From: the human T2T-CHM13v2.0 reference genome, Homo sapiens
Length of the DNA stretch: 64,000 bases
Strand: one strand, 5' to 3'
Assembly (NCBI RefSeq): GCF_009914755.1
Contig: NC_060925.1
A model generated the notes under the pieces. The model was not told the DNA's origin. It did no database searches and was given only the letters and a program-made list of their open reading frames with translations. The translations under genes and the position numbers were made by a program. This document shows positions 12,546-24,100 of the stretch, in pieces (position 1 is the stretch's first letter; every line of letters starts with the position of its first letter).

Positions 12546-14071
12546 CTGCCATTTTCACAATATTCAGAAGGTTGTGCAAACTGACAGAAGGGTGCCAAGC
12601 ATTTTTAAATGTTATAGATTAACTCTCAAATAAACCAGCGACAAAGGAGATGAAAAAGGTGTTCATTGTGCATCCTTGGGCCTAGTTGCCACGACAGAGG
12701 TGGCTACAGGCAGCTGCACTCATCTCTGGAGCCTCTGCAGCCCAGGGAGGTGCGTCTAACCTCATGACCCTCTGAACCCCTAGAAGTGGTCAACTCGCTG
12801 AAGAACATTGACCTACCCTTCACTGGGGAAATTGGGCCTTTGGTGGCTCCTCTACATCCAGACCTCTCTAGAGAGGTGAAGGAGGATGTGGTAGGAGAAA
12901 CATTATGTTCACTAAGAACCTCCTGTGTGGATGAGCACTTAATTCAACATTGTGATTTTTTATGACAATTTCCAAGTGATGCCATCTTCATTTTACAAAT
13001 GAGAAAGCTCAAGTGTTAAAAATTTAAATTGCTCAAAATTCCATTACATATTTTACTAACTTCAAACCTGTGCTCTTACTATAATAACACGTTGCCTACC
13101 TCTTAAACCCTGAACTCCCATGAAGGAAGGAAGGCAAGCAGGGAAGGAGGAAGGGAGAGGAGGAGGATAGGAAGGAAAGGAAGAAAACCTTGCCACAGTT
13201 ACAAGAACCAGTCTCCTGTAGCAGAAATGGCATATAGAAGTTATTTAAGTTTTTAAAATTCATGGCTCAAGATTCTTGGGCCAACTTTTTTTTTGTAAAA
13301 GCATAGCTTTATGAGTTACACCGGAGGTGGAAGTGTTGCTGGGGAGAACCTTAGACACCAAAGTTGTGGGCGGTCGGCGCAGGCTTGTGTGGGGCTCATT
13401 CACCCTGGCTAACAACTTGAGCTGAGGGTTCCCTTATCAAAATGTCATCCAAGCCTGTGAATAGGAGGCTCACACAGCCCCACTTCTGCCTCTCACCTAT
13501 CCCCAGAAACCGAGAAAACCATCTGGTTTTTGCACTTAGATAAAGTTTAACTTTCCTGCCACACTGGCCGAGTTGGGCTTTCAGACATCCCTGGGGAAGT
13601 GGGAAAACGGGGATGTGGAAGGGGAGGAGAAGCCTGAAGGGCCTCGGTTCCATCCTCTTTCTTGATCAGCGAACTCCAGGCTATATCTGCCCGGTTTGCC
13701 TAGGACTTGTAGGGAAACGCGGTAAAGGGAGGCGGGTAGAGAGTTGGATTCTCTCTCTCTCTCTCTGGCCACCTTGGATTTCGGCTTTTACAGAATTATG
13801 CAGGCAGAGTTCTGTAGAAAGAGGTTAGAATCAGGTTTCCATTGGTCCTGATTTGTTTATCATTCTAAACAGTAAAATGCATATAAAACCGGCACCTCCA
13901 AACCACAGGCGTGCTTAAGGCGCTATTGTCGGCTTGGAAATGTCACAATGAATAAATGGTGTGATGGACTTTAGCGTTTCGCGCCATAGCTTTTAGCCGG
14001 GAAGCTTTCCAGGCTGCCCTGCTTAATTTCGGCGTGGTTCCTAATTTTCTCTCTCCCATCCTCTCTCTTAG

Positions 14072-14560
14072 ACTGGAAACGCTTCCCCTATTTCTTCCGT
14101 AGCGGACCGGGAGAGCTTACTGGCGCTCTGCGAACCGGCTGGAAAGAAACACCGAGTCACTCGTACAGACTCTTGGTCGCAGAACTTGGCTTTCCGCTAT
14201 TGGTCCTCCAGAACCGCTTGAAACAACTGGCCCCAGCTGGCGCATCAGACCGCAGTGAGGAATGCCGCGGGGCGGGTGGCGAAGGCAGGGTCTGCCCGCC
14301 AGTGGATTCCCGGGTGTCCCGCGTGGAGCAGGCTTGCCCAGCTGGGAAGCCCATCAAACCTCAGTCTTGGCCCACAGTGGGAGAGAGACCAGTGGGTCCC
14401 AGACGGAGGCCCTCGCCCGCTTTTGGCGACCTCCACTGGCGTGAATAAAAGCACCCCTCTCTTACCCTCAGAAACTGTGGGTAGCAAGGTATAAAACGGA
14501 GTCTGGGACCGGTAAGTCCCAAGGTGAGCCCGTATACAGCTCTGCCATCTCTGAGGGGTT
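14072..14560 (+). other. LHX8: 5'UTR part of the exon carrying the MQILSR start
   Basis: Long polypyrimidine tract and AG (ttttctctctcccatcctctctcttag) ending at 14071. In-frame TGA at 14552-14554 lies just upstream of ATG 14561. Confidence 0.6.
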
Positions 14561-14578
14561 ATGCAGATTCTGAGCAGG
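14561..14578 (+). CDS. LHX8: LHX8 alternative first coding exon (MQILSR), phase 0
   Basis: ATG CAG ATT CTG AGC AGG followed by consensus donor GTAAGT at 14579. Joins in frame to TGT CAG GGG CTC ATG at 20453. Confidence 0.85.
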
Positions 14579-16600
14579 GTAAGTTTGTGGAAAGAACCTC
14601 TAGAAGCAATCTCCTAAAGTCTTTTTCCAGACTAATATTTATAATGGTTACACGTGATGGGCAAAAATCCAAAGACACGGTCTCCTAACCCTGAACCAAG
14701 TGTGACATCCACAGTTTCAGAGTGGTTTTAGCTGAGATTTCACCTTCAGGGATCGAAGGAGTCGCCAACCAGAATTCTGCCAGAATCCGCACCTTCTTAT
14801 GATCGCGAAAGTCTCCCCATCCTCCACCGCCTCCTACAGTCCTATGGCCCACTGTACCCTTGGCGCTGGAGCCCTGGAGGTGGGCGGTGAGGGCCGCGGG
14901 CCAGGGAAAGCTCGGGTCCGCAAGAGCAGGGCTCTGTTTCTGCGCCTGCAGGCCGCCCGGGAGTCCTGGATGCGCCTCCTTTGACCACGTTTTCTCTCAG
15001 GCTCCAGCTGTGCCTCGCCCCGATCTCCACAGGTCTGACCCAGGCGAGTCCCTAGAAGGCGGGCGGGAGGAGCCGTAGCAGGGGCAGTTTCGGGAATCCG
15101 AGTTTCCGGAGATTGCCTGAGCACCGCAGAACCTCCAGGTTAAGTTCTCTCAAACGTGTGGTTACTCACCCCGAGGAGCTCAGAGGCAAAGGGTTCAATA
15201 GTCAAGTTGGTGGGGACTTTCCCTACTTAAAGTTATAATTTGCTAATTCGGATCTATTGCTTTTAAATATCGAGTTCCAGAGACCTCTGTCAATGCAGGC
15301 TTAATTTCATCCCACTGATGAAGGATGTTTATAAACGGCGCCTGCAGTGCGAGCTGAGTGTGAAAATATCAGTTTTATGCCTTTTGATAAGAATTACCGA
15401 GGCGGAAGGCTCATTAGACGATTACAAATTTCGCAGCTGCTCGCAGCCCAATTAGGCAGCTCTTCGGGTGAGTGGAAGCTGTGGGGGTCAGGGCGGGTTG
15501 ATGTTCCCTCTCTCCAGCCCGGACCTCCAATCAAGGCCTGGCTCCACGGGATCTAGACCCCTTCCCTGCCCCCATCTGTTTTTAGGGAGATACACTCAAG
15601 GCTTCCCTTAAGCAGGAGAGGCACAGCCTGGGACAGGACGCACTCCGAAGTCTCTCAGGCTGTCTTTCCCATGGGCTTGCAAAAAGCCCTGTGGTCCACG
15701 GATGTTGGTAGACACCTTGGGTGGGCCTGCCGCCTCTGATTTTCAAATTTTCAATTTAGTAGGTAGGAACTGTCACGACGCAGGCGATTGCTTTTCCACC
15801 TGTGGACACATAAGATGATGTTTTTTTGATCAGAGTCTTCGTTCAAAATTGGAATCAATTGGCGTTTGGGCTAAAAACCCTCATTACTAAGACCAAACAA
15901 ACAAACAAAAACTCTTTTGATTTTTAGCGCACCCCTGTAAAGTAGGAAGATAACTTTTCCGTTGCCCCAGCCGAGGATGAGCGTGGGTAAGAGGCGTGAC
16001 GCGAGCTCCAGGGAACCGGGCCACCAGGAAGAAGCTATACCTTCGTACGCCCACCCCTGACAAAAGGTCAGAAGGTCGTTGGACCCCAGACCGACAGGAC
16101 GATCAGCCCTGGGATTCATAGCAAACACATTCCCCTCTTCTTGCACACTCGACCCCCAGCCAAAGGCTTATACCGCCCAGGACATAGAAATTGACTCACC
16201 GCCCAGAGGCTTACAGCTCAAGGAGGGGTGAGCGCAGCTGCACCCCGGGACAGGTCAGCATCCCACAAGGCGCCTGGAGTAAAGCGAGGCCAGACCAATC
16301 TTTCACGTCTTCTGCTCCTGTCTGACGACCATTCTTCTTCCCCAAGCCCAGAAACCTCTAAAAATGAATCATTTTCTCCACTTATGCAGAGATAGACGCT
16401 CTTAGATCAAGGTTAGTATTTTGAAAACCTGACTGAGAGCCGCCTGATTAGGCGAGGGTGGGTGGAAAGACCGCATAAATGCCCGCACCCCCGCCCTGCT
16501 TCCCTAACACAGCTCCAGCTCTCTCTGGATCTCCAAATGACCCGCGCGATAAATTCTCCTCGATAGTAGCCAGACAGTACCCCAGATTCACTTTAAACCC

Positions 16601-16602
<2 letters not shown>

Positions 16603-16642
<40 letters not shown>
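16603..16642. repeat. (AC)20 microsatellite
   Basis: Seen directly. Confidence 0.95.
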
Positions 16643-16644
<2 letters not shown>

Positions 16645-18244
16645 TAATTAAATATCCAAACCGGACCTTTATGTTTAATTCCACTTTCAACGAAATCCTG
16701 CTCTATACACGACCTGATGGCGCCAATGTTCTGCACGACTCTGACTTTCCATTCGGAAGAGCGGTCTCCACAACGATGCTATTTCATGGAAAATGCATTA
16801 TGTGAATTTCTCCACCACCCCCAATACCGATTTCTGCATTTGATGAAAAACACAAGTCTTTCTGGTTCCCACGCACAAGTTAGCTTTTTGAAAAGTCAGT
16901 CCACCCCAATCTTTCAATTTTCTAAGAGGGCACAGATTAATTATATCGTCCTCCTCCCTTCGCTCAGTAAATTTAAACGAGATCTCCCAGAGAGGACCGG
17001 CAGGGGGATGGCTAATATTAACTTGTGCGCAGCTGCGCGAAAAGAAAAACAATGGCGATAGGAAAATGTTCTGAAGACTCTAGTGTTTATGGGAGAAAAA
17101 TGCAATGGAGGAAAAACTAAATTTGTAGTGGTAACTCGGTCCCAGACTCTTACACAGGCTCACTTCATCACAGGAAAGGCTATCTCCTCCGCTAGCCGGC
17201 TGCTGACCGAGCTGGGGTCTGGGCAAGATCATTTCGCTCTTTTTCTTCTATACAAATAAGGCAAGGAGATAAGATATGTGTGTGTGCGTGTGTGTGTTTT
17301 ACATATATATTTCCATCTAATTAAAGCAAAATCCTATGATTCTGTTAAAGGCCTTTAAGAAATAGACTCCTAGATCTTCTTAGTTTCAGAAGTTTAGCTT
17401 TTTAAATGGAAACAAAAATCATTTAAAAATAATCTTTTAACCAAATTTGTCTTTATACACTAAATAATGAAATAAAGTTTATACCACAAAGAGTCTGTTT
17501 AAACAAACACACCTTCCAATCTTAATCAAAATTAAGGTACCCTGAATACCTCCCTCCGCCGCTTCCCCGCCCCGCAGTCAGAACTTGAGGCAGAAGACAA
17601 GGCTGCTCGGGCTTACATTTTGTCTAGGAGATGAAAGAGCAATACTCATTAGCAACATACTTTTGTCTTTCTTGTAGCCTTGATTTCAAATCTAGTCGCA
17701 AATCATAAGCTTTTGTGTTGCTCAGATGTTCCTTCTTTATCTTAATGAGAAAACTTTTCGGAAAGGGAGCGCGAACTGCTAGATAAGTCAGCTCCCAGGC
17801 TGCCTGGAGCGGTGGCATTCCTCGGCTACACCGGACAGCTGCGAGTTTCAAGAGAATGACTAAAACTTTCAAGTCACCCAGACCTCCACTTCCCCTTCTG
17901 CTTGCTGCAGAAAGAGATGTAACCTGAATCTTTGTTTAGGTTTGGGTTGGGGAGCGAGAATTTAAAAGTTATGGCAAATGCAGACAGCAGATTTTTTAAA
18001 GTCAAGTTAACAGGACATCCCCCAATTTTTTTTTCTTTAGTACTAAACCTGAAGTCAGTTGGCGTGTTCTGATAAAGATTTTAACATGTAGAGAAGGCGG
18101 GTTTTCCTGAAAGAGGCGAAGCAATTTCTCCAGGAAAGACTTTCCCCCACACGCCCCCTTCCTTTATATTAGGTTCCACCCTCTGGAAAACAAAACTTTT
18201 TTTTTTTTCTTTTCCTGGAGGGACTCAGGAAAAGCTCAGTGCTC

Positions 18245-18804
18245 ACTTCACTCAGAGCTCAGTGAAGCTGGGAAAGGAATTTTAAGAACGGTTCATCAGA
18301 AAGTGGTCAGGCCACAGCGGCCTCTTTGGACGAAGACACACTTGTAGCATTATCCTTCTCGGCATCAGCTTTTATTAGTGGATCGGGGCGGGGGAGGGGG
18401 GAGATCGGCAGACACGGACAGCCTCTGACCCTCTGGAGTTGGTATGTGATAAGCAGCCCTAGCAGTGCCATGTATTGGAAGAACGATCAGATGTTTGTGT
18501 GTAAACTAGTAGCAAAGGACGTGCCGGAGCTGGCAGTTCCCCCTGAGAAGGTGAGCGAGCCGACGCCTGGCCAGACCAGCTGAATCGCAGTGTCCTTGAA
18601 ACTCGAGTTGTTTGGGCTCCTAAACAAGGTTCAGAAACTACCTGTAACGGCCTCATCTTCAGACCTGGCAATTTTTTTTTTTTATTACGTAGTAGCGTTA
18701 GTCAGTAATCATTGCACTCCCTCCCCAAAAGCTCACTTAACCTGAGACATGGAGACTGTAATTTGGGAGATGAAGCCTCGAGCCTAAGGCGCTCTCAGGT
18801 CCAT
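18245..18804 (+). other. LHX8: putative proximal first exon using the downstream donor at 18805 (non-coding for the 346-aa form; start uncertain)
   Basis: Donor CAT|GTGAGT at 18805-18810. Upstream are CACGCCC and TTTATATTA elements (~18149-18171) and Inr-like CTCAGT motifs (~18235-18263). Confidence 0.5.
18470..18550 (+). CDS. LHX8: LHX8 alternative first coding exon (MYWKNDQMFVCKLVAKDVPELAVPPEK), phase 0
   Basis: gccATG context, 27 open codons, strong donor AAG|GTGAGC at 18551, in frame with exon 20453. Resembles the MYWK N-terminus I recall for mouse Lhx8 and for LHX6. Confidence 0.7.
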
Positions 18805-20452
18805 GTGAGTCGTGCTTTTGTTCTATTTGCTGTGGTGATCGTGGCGGTCCGGGAGAGTGGGTCGGGAGGACTGGGCGGCTGTCGGGTGGAACCGGAGACC
18901 TGGCTCGTTTCGTTCGGCTGCCCGCGGACACTTGCCTGCCCTGAGGCACACCTCCCTCTGCGGGGCTCCAGAAAGGCCTCCGGGATCCCTGGGCTTGCCG
19001 GGAGAGCCATTTTACCTAAAATGCCAAAAGAAAACCGCAGGGCACAAAACGAGTCACGCGGTTTGTCTGAGTAGACTGGGGAAGCTGACAAGCTCTCACC
19101 TCACTCGGGAGGCAGGACCTGTGGGTATTTGGTGTTTTAAGTTTGAAATCATCTGCAGCCTGTCTGAGGGCCTCAGCAGGACGCGCGCGGGGCGCCCCTG
19201 ACTATTTCTTTGCTCCGAAGCCGGTTGGGGACACCAGGCGAAAGCGGAGCTGTTCTGTTTAAACGCCCTTTGTGTGTGAGGACGCGGCCTCAGTGCAGCT
19301 ACGCTGGGTCCCGCGTAGGGAGCGCACCCCAGAAAGGGAGGGTCTCGGCCGACGGTCCGGGAGGCCCCCAGGTTGGTATCTTGCCTGGTGCTTCCAGAGG
19401 GAGGGAGAAGGGGAGGCGAACAGTCAGAAATGCAGAAGTGCGAGCCGCTCGAGTTCGGGGTACCCACCCGCCCCCGAGCTAGAGTTTTTGGAAACGAAAG
19501 CGGTCTAAGCCCAGGGACGCTGCGTTTTCGTTTAAGAACAAAACTCCAGCAAATACTTGGAAACACTTGAGTAACGCGCGTTGTTTCTTTAAAACATTTT
19601 GTCAGAGGTTGGGTGAGTTCTTTTAATGGCACAAATTAAATTCAGCTGGATATTTTCCATTATTCTACCCGCTTTTTGCGCTGGTTAAAAATAATCCTTT
19701 AGTAGCTCAAATGTTGACTTACTGAGCAATAAGTGGCAATTTACACCTTAAAGAAACGAGTGTAAATCACTCGCCACTCTAATTGCTGTAAGTTTACGAA
19801 AGAGCTGCTGGCTCGGTTTAATCTGAAGCATTTTCATTCAAATTGTCATCGGAACAAACACCAGGCTTCTTAAATCCCGCTGTAATTAGCTTTCAAGTAT
19901 CCTATTAAACCTCTTCACCTTTCGGGCTATCCTATTCAAAAAGCCCCCTTTTTAAAATATATATGTGTCTTGCTCTTTTAATTGAGGTTATTAAAGAAAT
20001 CTAGTTTCTTCTCCCACCCCCTCCTCAATCCTCTTTTCTTCTCTCGCACTCCACCTCCCACTGCCCCGCACCCCCTTTAGCCCGGTGTTCCCCGCTCCGC
20101 TATGATTGACGTCTGGAAAGAAAGAGCTTTGTGAGGGGATGATTGTTATTAACTTGTTATCCCCGGCGGGGGGGCGGGGAACCGACGTGCCCGGGTGAGC
20201 GCCGGAGACCCGGAGCCCGGGGAGCGCGGGACGAGCTACCAGCGCTCGGGTGGCGGCCGCCAGCGGCCAGCGAAGGAGGCTGCGCGCCAGCCCGCCCGCG
20301 GCGCCCGGGCTCAGGCGCCGTGACGGCTGCACGCGCTGCCCCGCACTCTGAGGGCCTTCATTAGCTCGCTCCCCGCGCCGAGGCTGGGGCGGGCAGCACG
20401 CTCGGAACTTCTGATCTGTTTCTCCATACTTTCTCCCCCTCCTACTCCGCAG

Positions 20453-20539
20453 TGTCAGGGGCTCATGTCAGAGGAGTGCGGGCGGACTACAGCCCTGGCG
20501 GCCGGGAGGACTCGCAAAGGCGCCGGGGAAGAGGGACTG
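20453..20539 (+). CDS. LHX8: LHX8 exon 2 (CQGLMSEECG...GEEGL); contains ATG 20465 of the 346-aa form
   Basis: Acceptor ttctccccctcctactccgcag| and donor CTG|GTGAGT; 87 nt, phase 0/0. Confidence 0.95.
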
Positions 20540-20949
20540 GTGAGTGCGGAGGGGCTCGCGTGCTGGCAAGACTGGCCGTGGGGAGGCGGCGCAGGACGAA
20601 GGGCCGCTGTCCCCGCGCTCCTTCCAGGGCCCAGCTGGCCCCTCCTGCAGCAGACAGAGGACGGGGCGGAGAGGGTCTGGGTGGGGTGGGAAGCTTAGCT
20701 GGCCCGCGAGGAGGGCAGGGCCGCAAGACTTCTGGGGTCCGAATAGGTCAGGGGTCGGCAGCCCCAGCGGGTGCGTAGCCAGAGCTTGGACTCGGGGAAG
20801 AGGGCGAGAATCGTGACCTCAAGAAGCTGGGGGTGGGGTGGGGTGGCCAGGGGGAAGGGAGGGGAGGCGGTGGGGGCGCCCTTGTGGGTAGGTGGGATGC
20901 GAAGGGGAGGAGGGGTCTAGAACCGCCTGCGCCTCGCGGTTTCCTGCAG

Positions 20950-21111
20950 GTGAGCCCCGAGGGAGCGGGGGACGAGGACTCGTGCTCCTCCTCGGCCCCG
21001 CTGTCCCCGTCGTCCTCGCCCCGGTCCATGGCCTCGGGCTCCGGCTGCCCTCCTGGCAAGTGTGTGTGCAACAGTTGCGGCCTGGAGATCGTGGACAAAT
21101 ACCTTCTCAAG
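20950..21111 (+). CDS. LHX8: LHX8 exon 3 (VSPEG...CNSCGLEIVDKYLLK), start of LIM1
   Basis: Acceptor tttcctgcag| and donor AAG|GTAGGA; 162 nt; contains the CxxC of LIM1. Confidence 0.96.
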
Positions 21112-24100
21112 GTAGGATAGGGCCTCGGGTGCGAGGCCCAAGGGGAGCGGGCTTAGCGTGGGAGCTCTGGGAAAAGAGTAATGTTCCTCCCACCAACCTT
21201 TCCGTTCAAGTTCTGGGTGGAGGTTGTAGGCTTTTGCAGAAAATCAGCCCAGTTTAGGGCAACTCATGCGGTGGGATAAAGTGAGAAGAAATCCCAGACT
21301 CTTCTATGTCGTTGCAAAACAGCTAATGTGTGACACATCCTGGTCTGGACGCGCCGGATGTGTGTGGATGCGCTGGAGTCAGCCACTGGCTTGTAGTGGA
21401 AGGGAAGTGGAAAAACCCTTATCCATTCTGAGACAGAAACCTGCTTAGTTATTTTTCACCCAGCCCCGAATTATTCCTTTCTTAAACATCTTTGTTCCCT
21501 CTAAACGGACTGTGGTCTCTCCACCCCAGTGACGCCCACGCCCATGACTGCTTAGAAGAATTTTAAGTTGGTATGTATTAACTGATTCCCTTTTGCAGTG
21601 TCTCTTTTGGTGAAAGCCACTGTAAAGTAGCTTAAAGGATCTTTTCTGGACAAATTTTAAAAATACAGTCCTATGTTTTTTTACAGTTACCTGAGGCTTT
21701 TCCAAAGTTAAAGTTTATAGGTCCATTTAAATAAAAACCATTTCAATATATTCCTGCTCTTATTAAGGTTTAATACTTCTAGGCCACTCAATGCCGTTGT
21801 TACATCATCTTGAGTGCTTGGGGAGAAAATGGAAATTGATATAAAGTTAGACACACACAGCCTGGGAAGAAGTGTTTCAAGTGTGGTTTGAGAGTTGATT
21901 GTCTTAATTTGTTTTACTTTTCTCTTAAAATATTGTGGGGGAATTTTGGAGTAGAAATTTTGGCAGGCCACAGTTATCCACCTCAGTGCAGATCATGGTC
22001 CCATGTGTCTTAATCAGAATATCATGGGGTTTCAACTTAAATAGCTTTTTAAAACCACTATTTAAAATAATGGTCTCTCCTACACTGAATTAGTAGCAAA
22101 CCAGTTCACTTTCTATTCTCTCCCCACCCTGCTTAGGTTTTCAAAAGGATTAATTATGGAGAGTATGTGTTCAAAATTCGTGTTAGTGGGTTTCTTTAAG
22201 TTTCTACCTCAACATACAAAGCTTCTTCATCTGTAAAATGGGAATGCTACCCTATAGATAAAACCTAGAGAAAATGCCAGAAGAAGTTTTGGTAAAAAGA
22301 TTTAAAAATGACTAAATTAATCTTACTTGGTGGTTGATTCTTAAAGCTGGCAAATTAACATTGGCTTTCTCTTTAAATCTGCATTCTTAAGATTCCACTT
22401 TCAATGTTTCTAAAACTGAGCATTTTGGATATTGCAAAATCATCTTTTGGGTTAAAACTAGCATCCTATTTTTAATGAGCCCTCTCAATAATTACCGTAA
22501 TCTTTAAGAATGTTTCTGAGTAGACCTATGAAGGCTCTAACACTTCACAGCAGAGAAGATATAGAAGGGTTATGATGAAGTGACATTTAACACAACCTCT
22601 GAAATAGATAATAGTTTCTAGTGTTAATCTTGTATACATTTATATATTATATATCTTTGTATTGCATAAAAATCTAAGTTAAGTGAGTTACATAAAGCTT
22701 TCCTTTGTAATAGGGCAGGAGTCCTCCCAATGAAGCCTTCCATGTACAGTATTATTGTACCACTTCTTGTATTCTTTAGTGTGTAATTTCTAACTAAAGT
22801 TTGATACTATATGATTGACAAAAACTGAATTATTAACCTTTATTTTCCGTTTTGAGTACTTCCTGCAGAAAAGTTTGAGTTTAACTTGAGTCACTGATTT
22901 AAAAAAAAAAGTTAGACCTAGTATAGAAATATTATTTTAGGGTGTAACTAATATAGAAAAACACTATCTTGTGAGGCAAATAAAATGGAGTTAGAAAAGT
23001 ATGACAGGAGTTAGATGCATTGATTACCTTGTCCAATAACTTCAGTGCTCTGTCCTTCGGGTAGTTTTTCTGGCTTGGTCCAAGTTGTATGTTTAGACAT
23101 ACACAGATTAGATTAATAGTAGGTTTATAGTCTCCAGAATCTCCTCTCTTCACCTTACTTTACTCCCTGGCAAAGAAATGGAAGATAAACAGACATTTTA
23201 GGAGGGAAGTGAACTTTGAAAAAACGTGACAACCAGGTCTGGCTTTAGGAGGGAGTAAGAGAGAGGCCATGGCTCTTCCCCTAAAGCCTAGCTTTAAAAA
23301 CAAAACAAAACAAAATCCTGGGTAAGATTGAAATACAGAAGGCCCTAAACAGTGGAATTTTAAAGGAAGCCTGTTCATCTAAACTTTATACTGGTTGGTC
23401 CCATTTTAGGAAAAAAATATAAGGAAAATGCTTTTTTTATTTCCAAGGCAGTATTTAACATTGTTAATATTATTTATTCAGATTTCCTCAGATTTCTTTC
23501 TGTTTTCATTATTTTAAATATTGTCTATAGTGAGCATGTAAGTTCTAAGTTCTTGTAAAGACCAAAACTTTTTGAATGTCATCAAAATGAGACTCTCATT
23601 AATGCTTTGGAAAGAGACACATAACTGTAATTAGAAGTCAGTAAAACTTTCAGCTTCGAAGTACCTTTTATATATTGCAGAAAAACATGTTGGACCGTAG
23701 TTCTAATTCGATAGACACATAGTCTTTATTATGGAATAGTTGAGCAAAAGCCATATCTCACAGTCATTTACTTTCCTATTTTAGTCATTGGATCCATTTT
23801 TAGGGTGTAATTGGTGTTTTTGTATGTTACTGTTCTTTTACATGAAATTCAATTAAGCATAAATCAGGTTCTTGTGTCCACTTAACAAGAGCAAACTTTG
23901 GGAGCCTGCATTGCATGCAAGCCAGTTCTATCTAATACACATCTTCATACTCCAGGGCTAAAGTTGTAGCGCTTGTAATATAATGGCAACAGTTTAAAGT
24001 AAGAGTAATTATGACTTGTTCCCTGGATTGACAATATTTCATGTTCCTATTTAGAAAGTATAAAATACTGGCCTTATTAAACACCATCTTATGTTTTACT

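Larger units (their letters stand above)
13950..16560. promoter_or_regulatory. CpG-rich region around the MQILSR exon
   Basis: High CpG density by eye across 14100-14430, 14780-15180 and 15960-16560. Confidence 0.65.
18300..21200. promoter_or_regulatory. CpG island(s) covering the proximal promoter and exons 2-3
   Basis: Very GC/CpG-rich at 18800-19580 and 20050-21150, interrupted by an AT-rich block at 19600-20040. Confidence 0.85.

Noticed and set aside
18246-18267. Hairpin CTTCACT...AGTGAAG near the proximal TSS as an RNA gene or miRNA
   Set aside because: The stem is only about 7-9 bp, too short for a pre-miRNA and compatible with chance.
19096-19632. 178-aa minus-strand ORF, the longest non-L1 ORF
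   Set aside because: Lies in a CpG island, has low-complexity composition and no family resemblance, so coding cannot be supported without conservation data.
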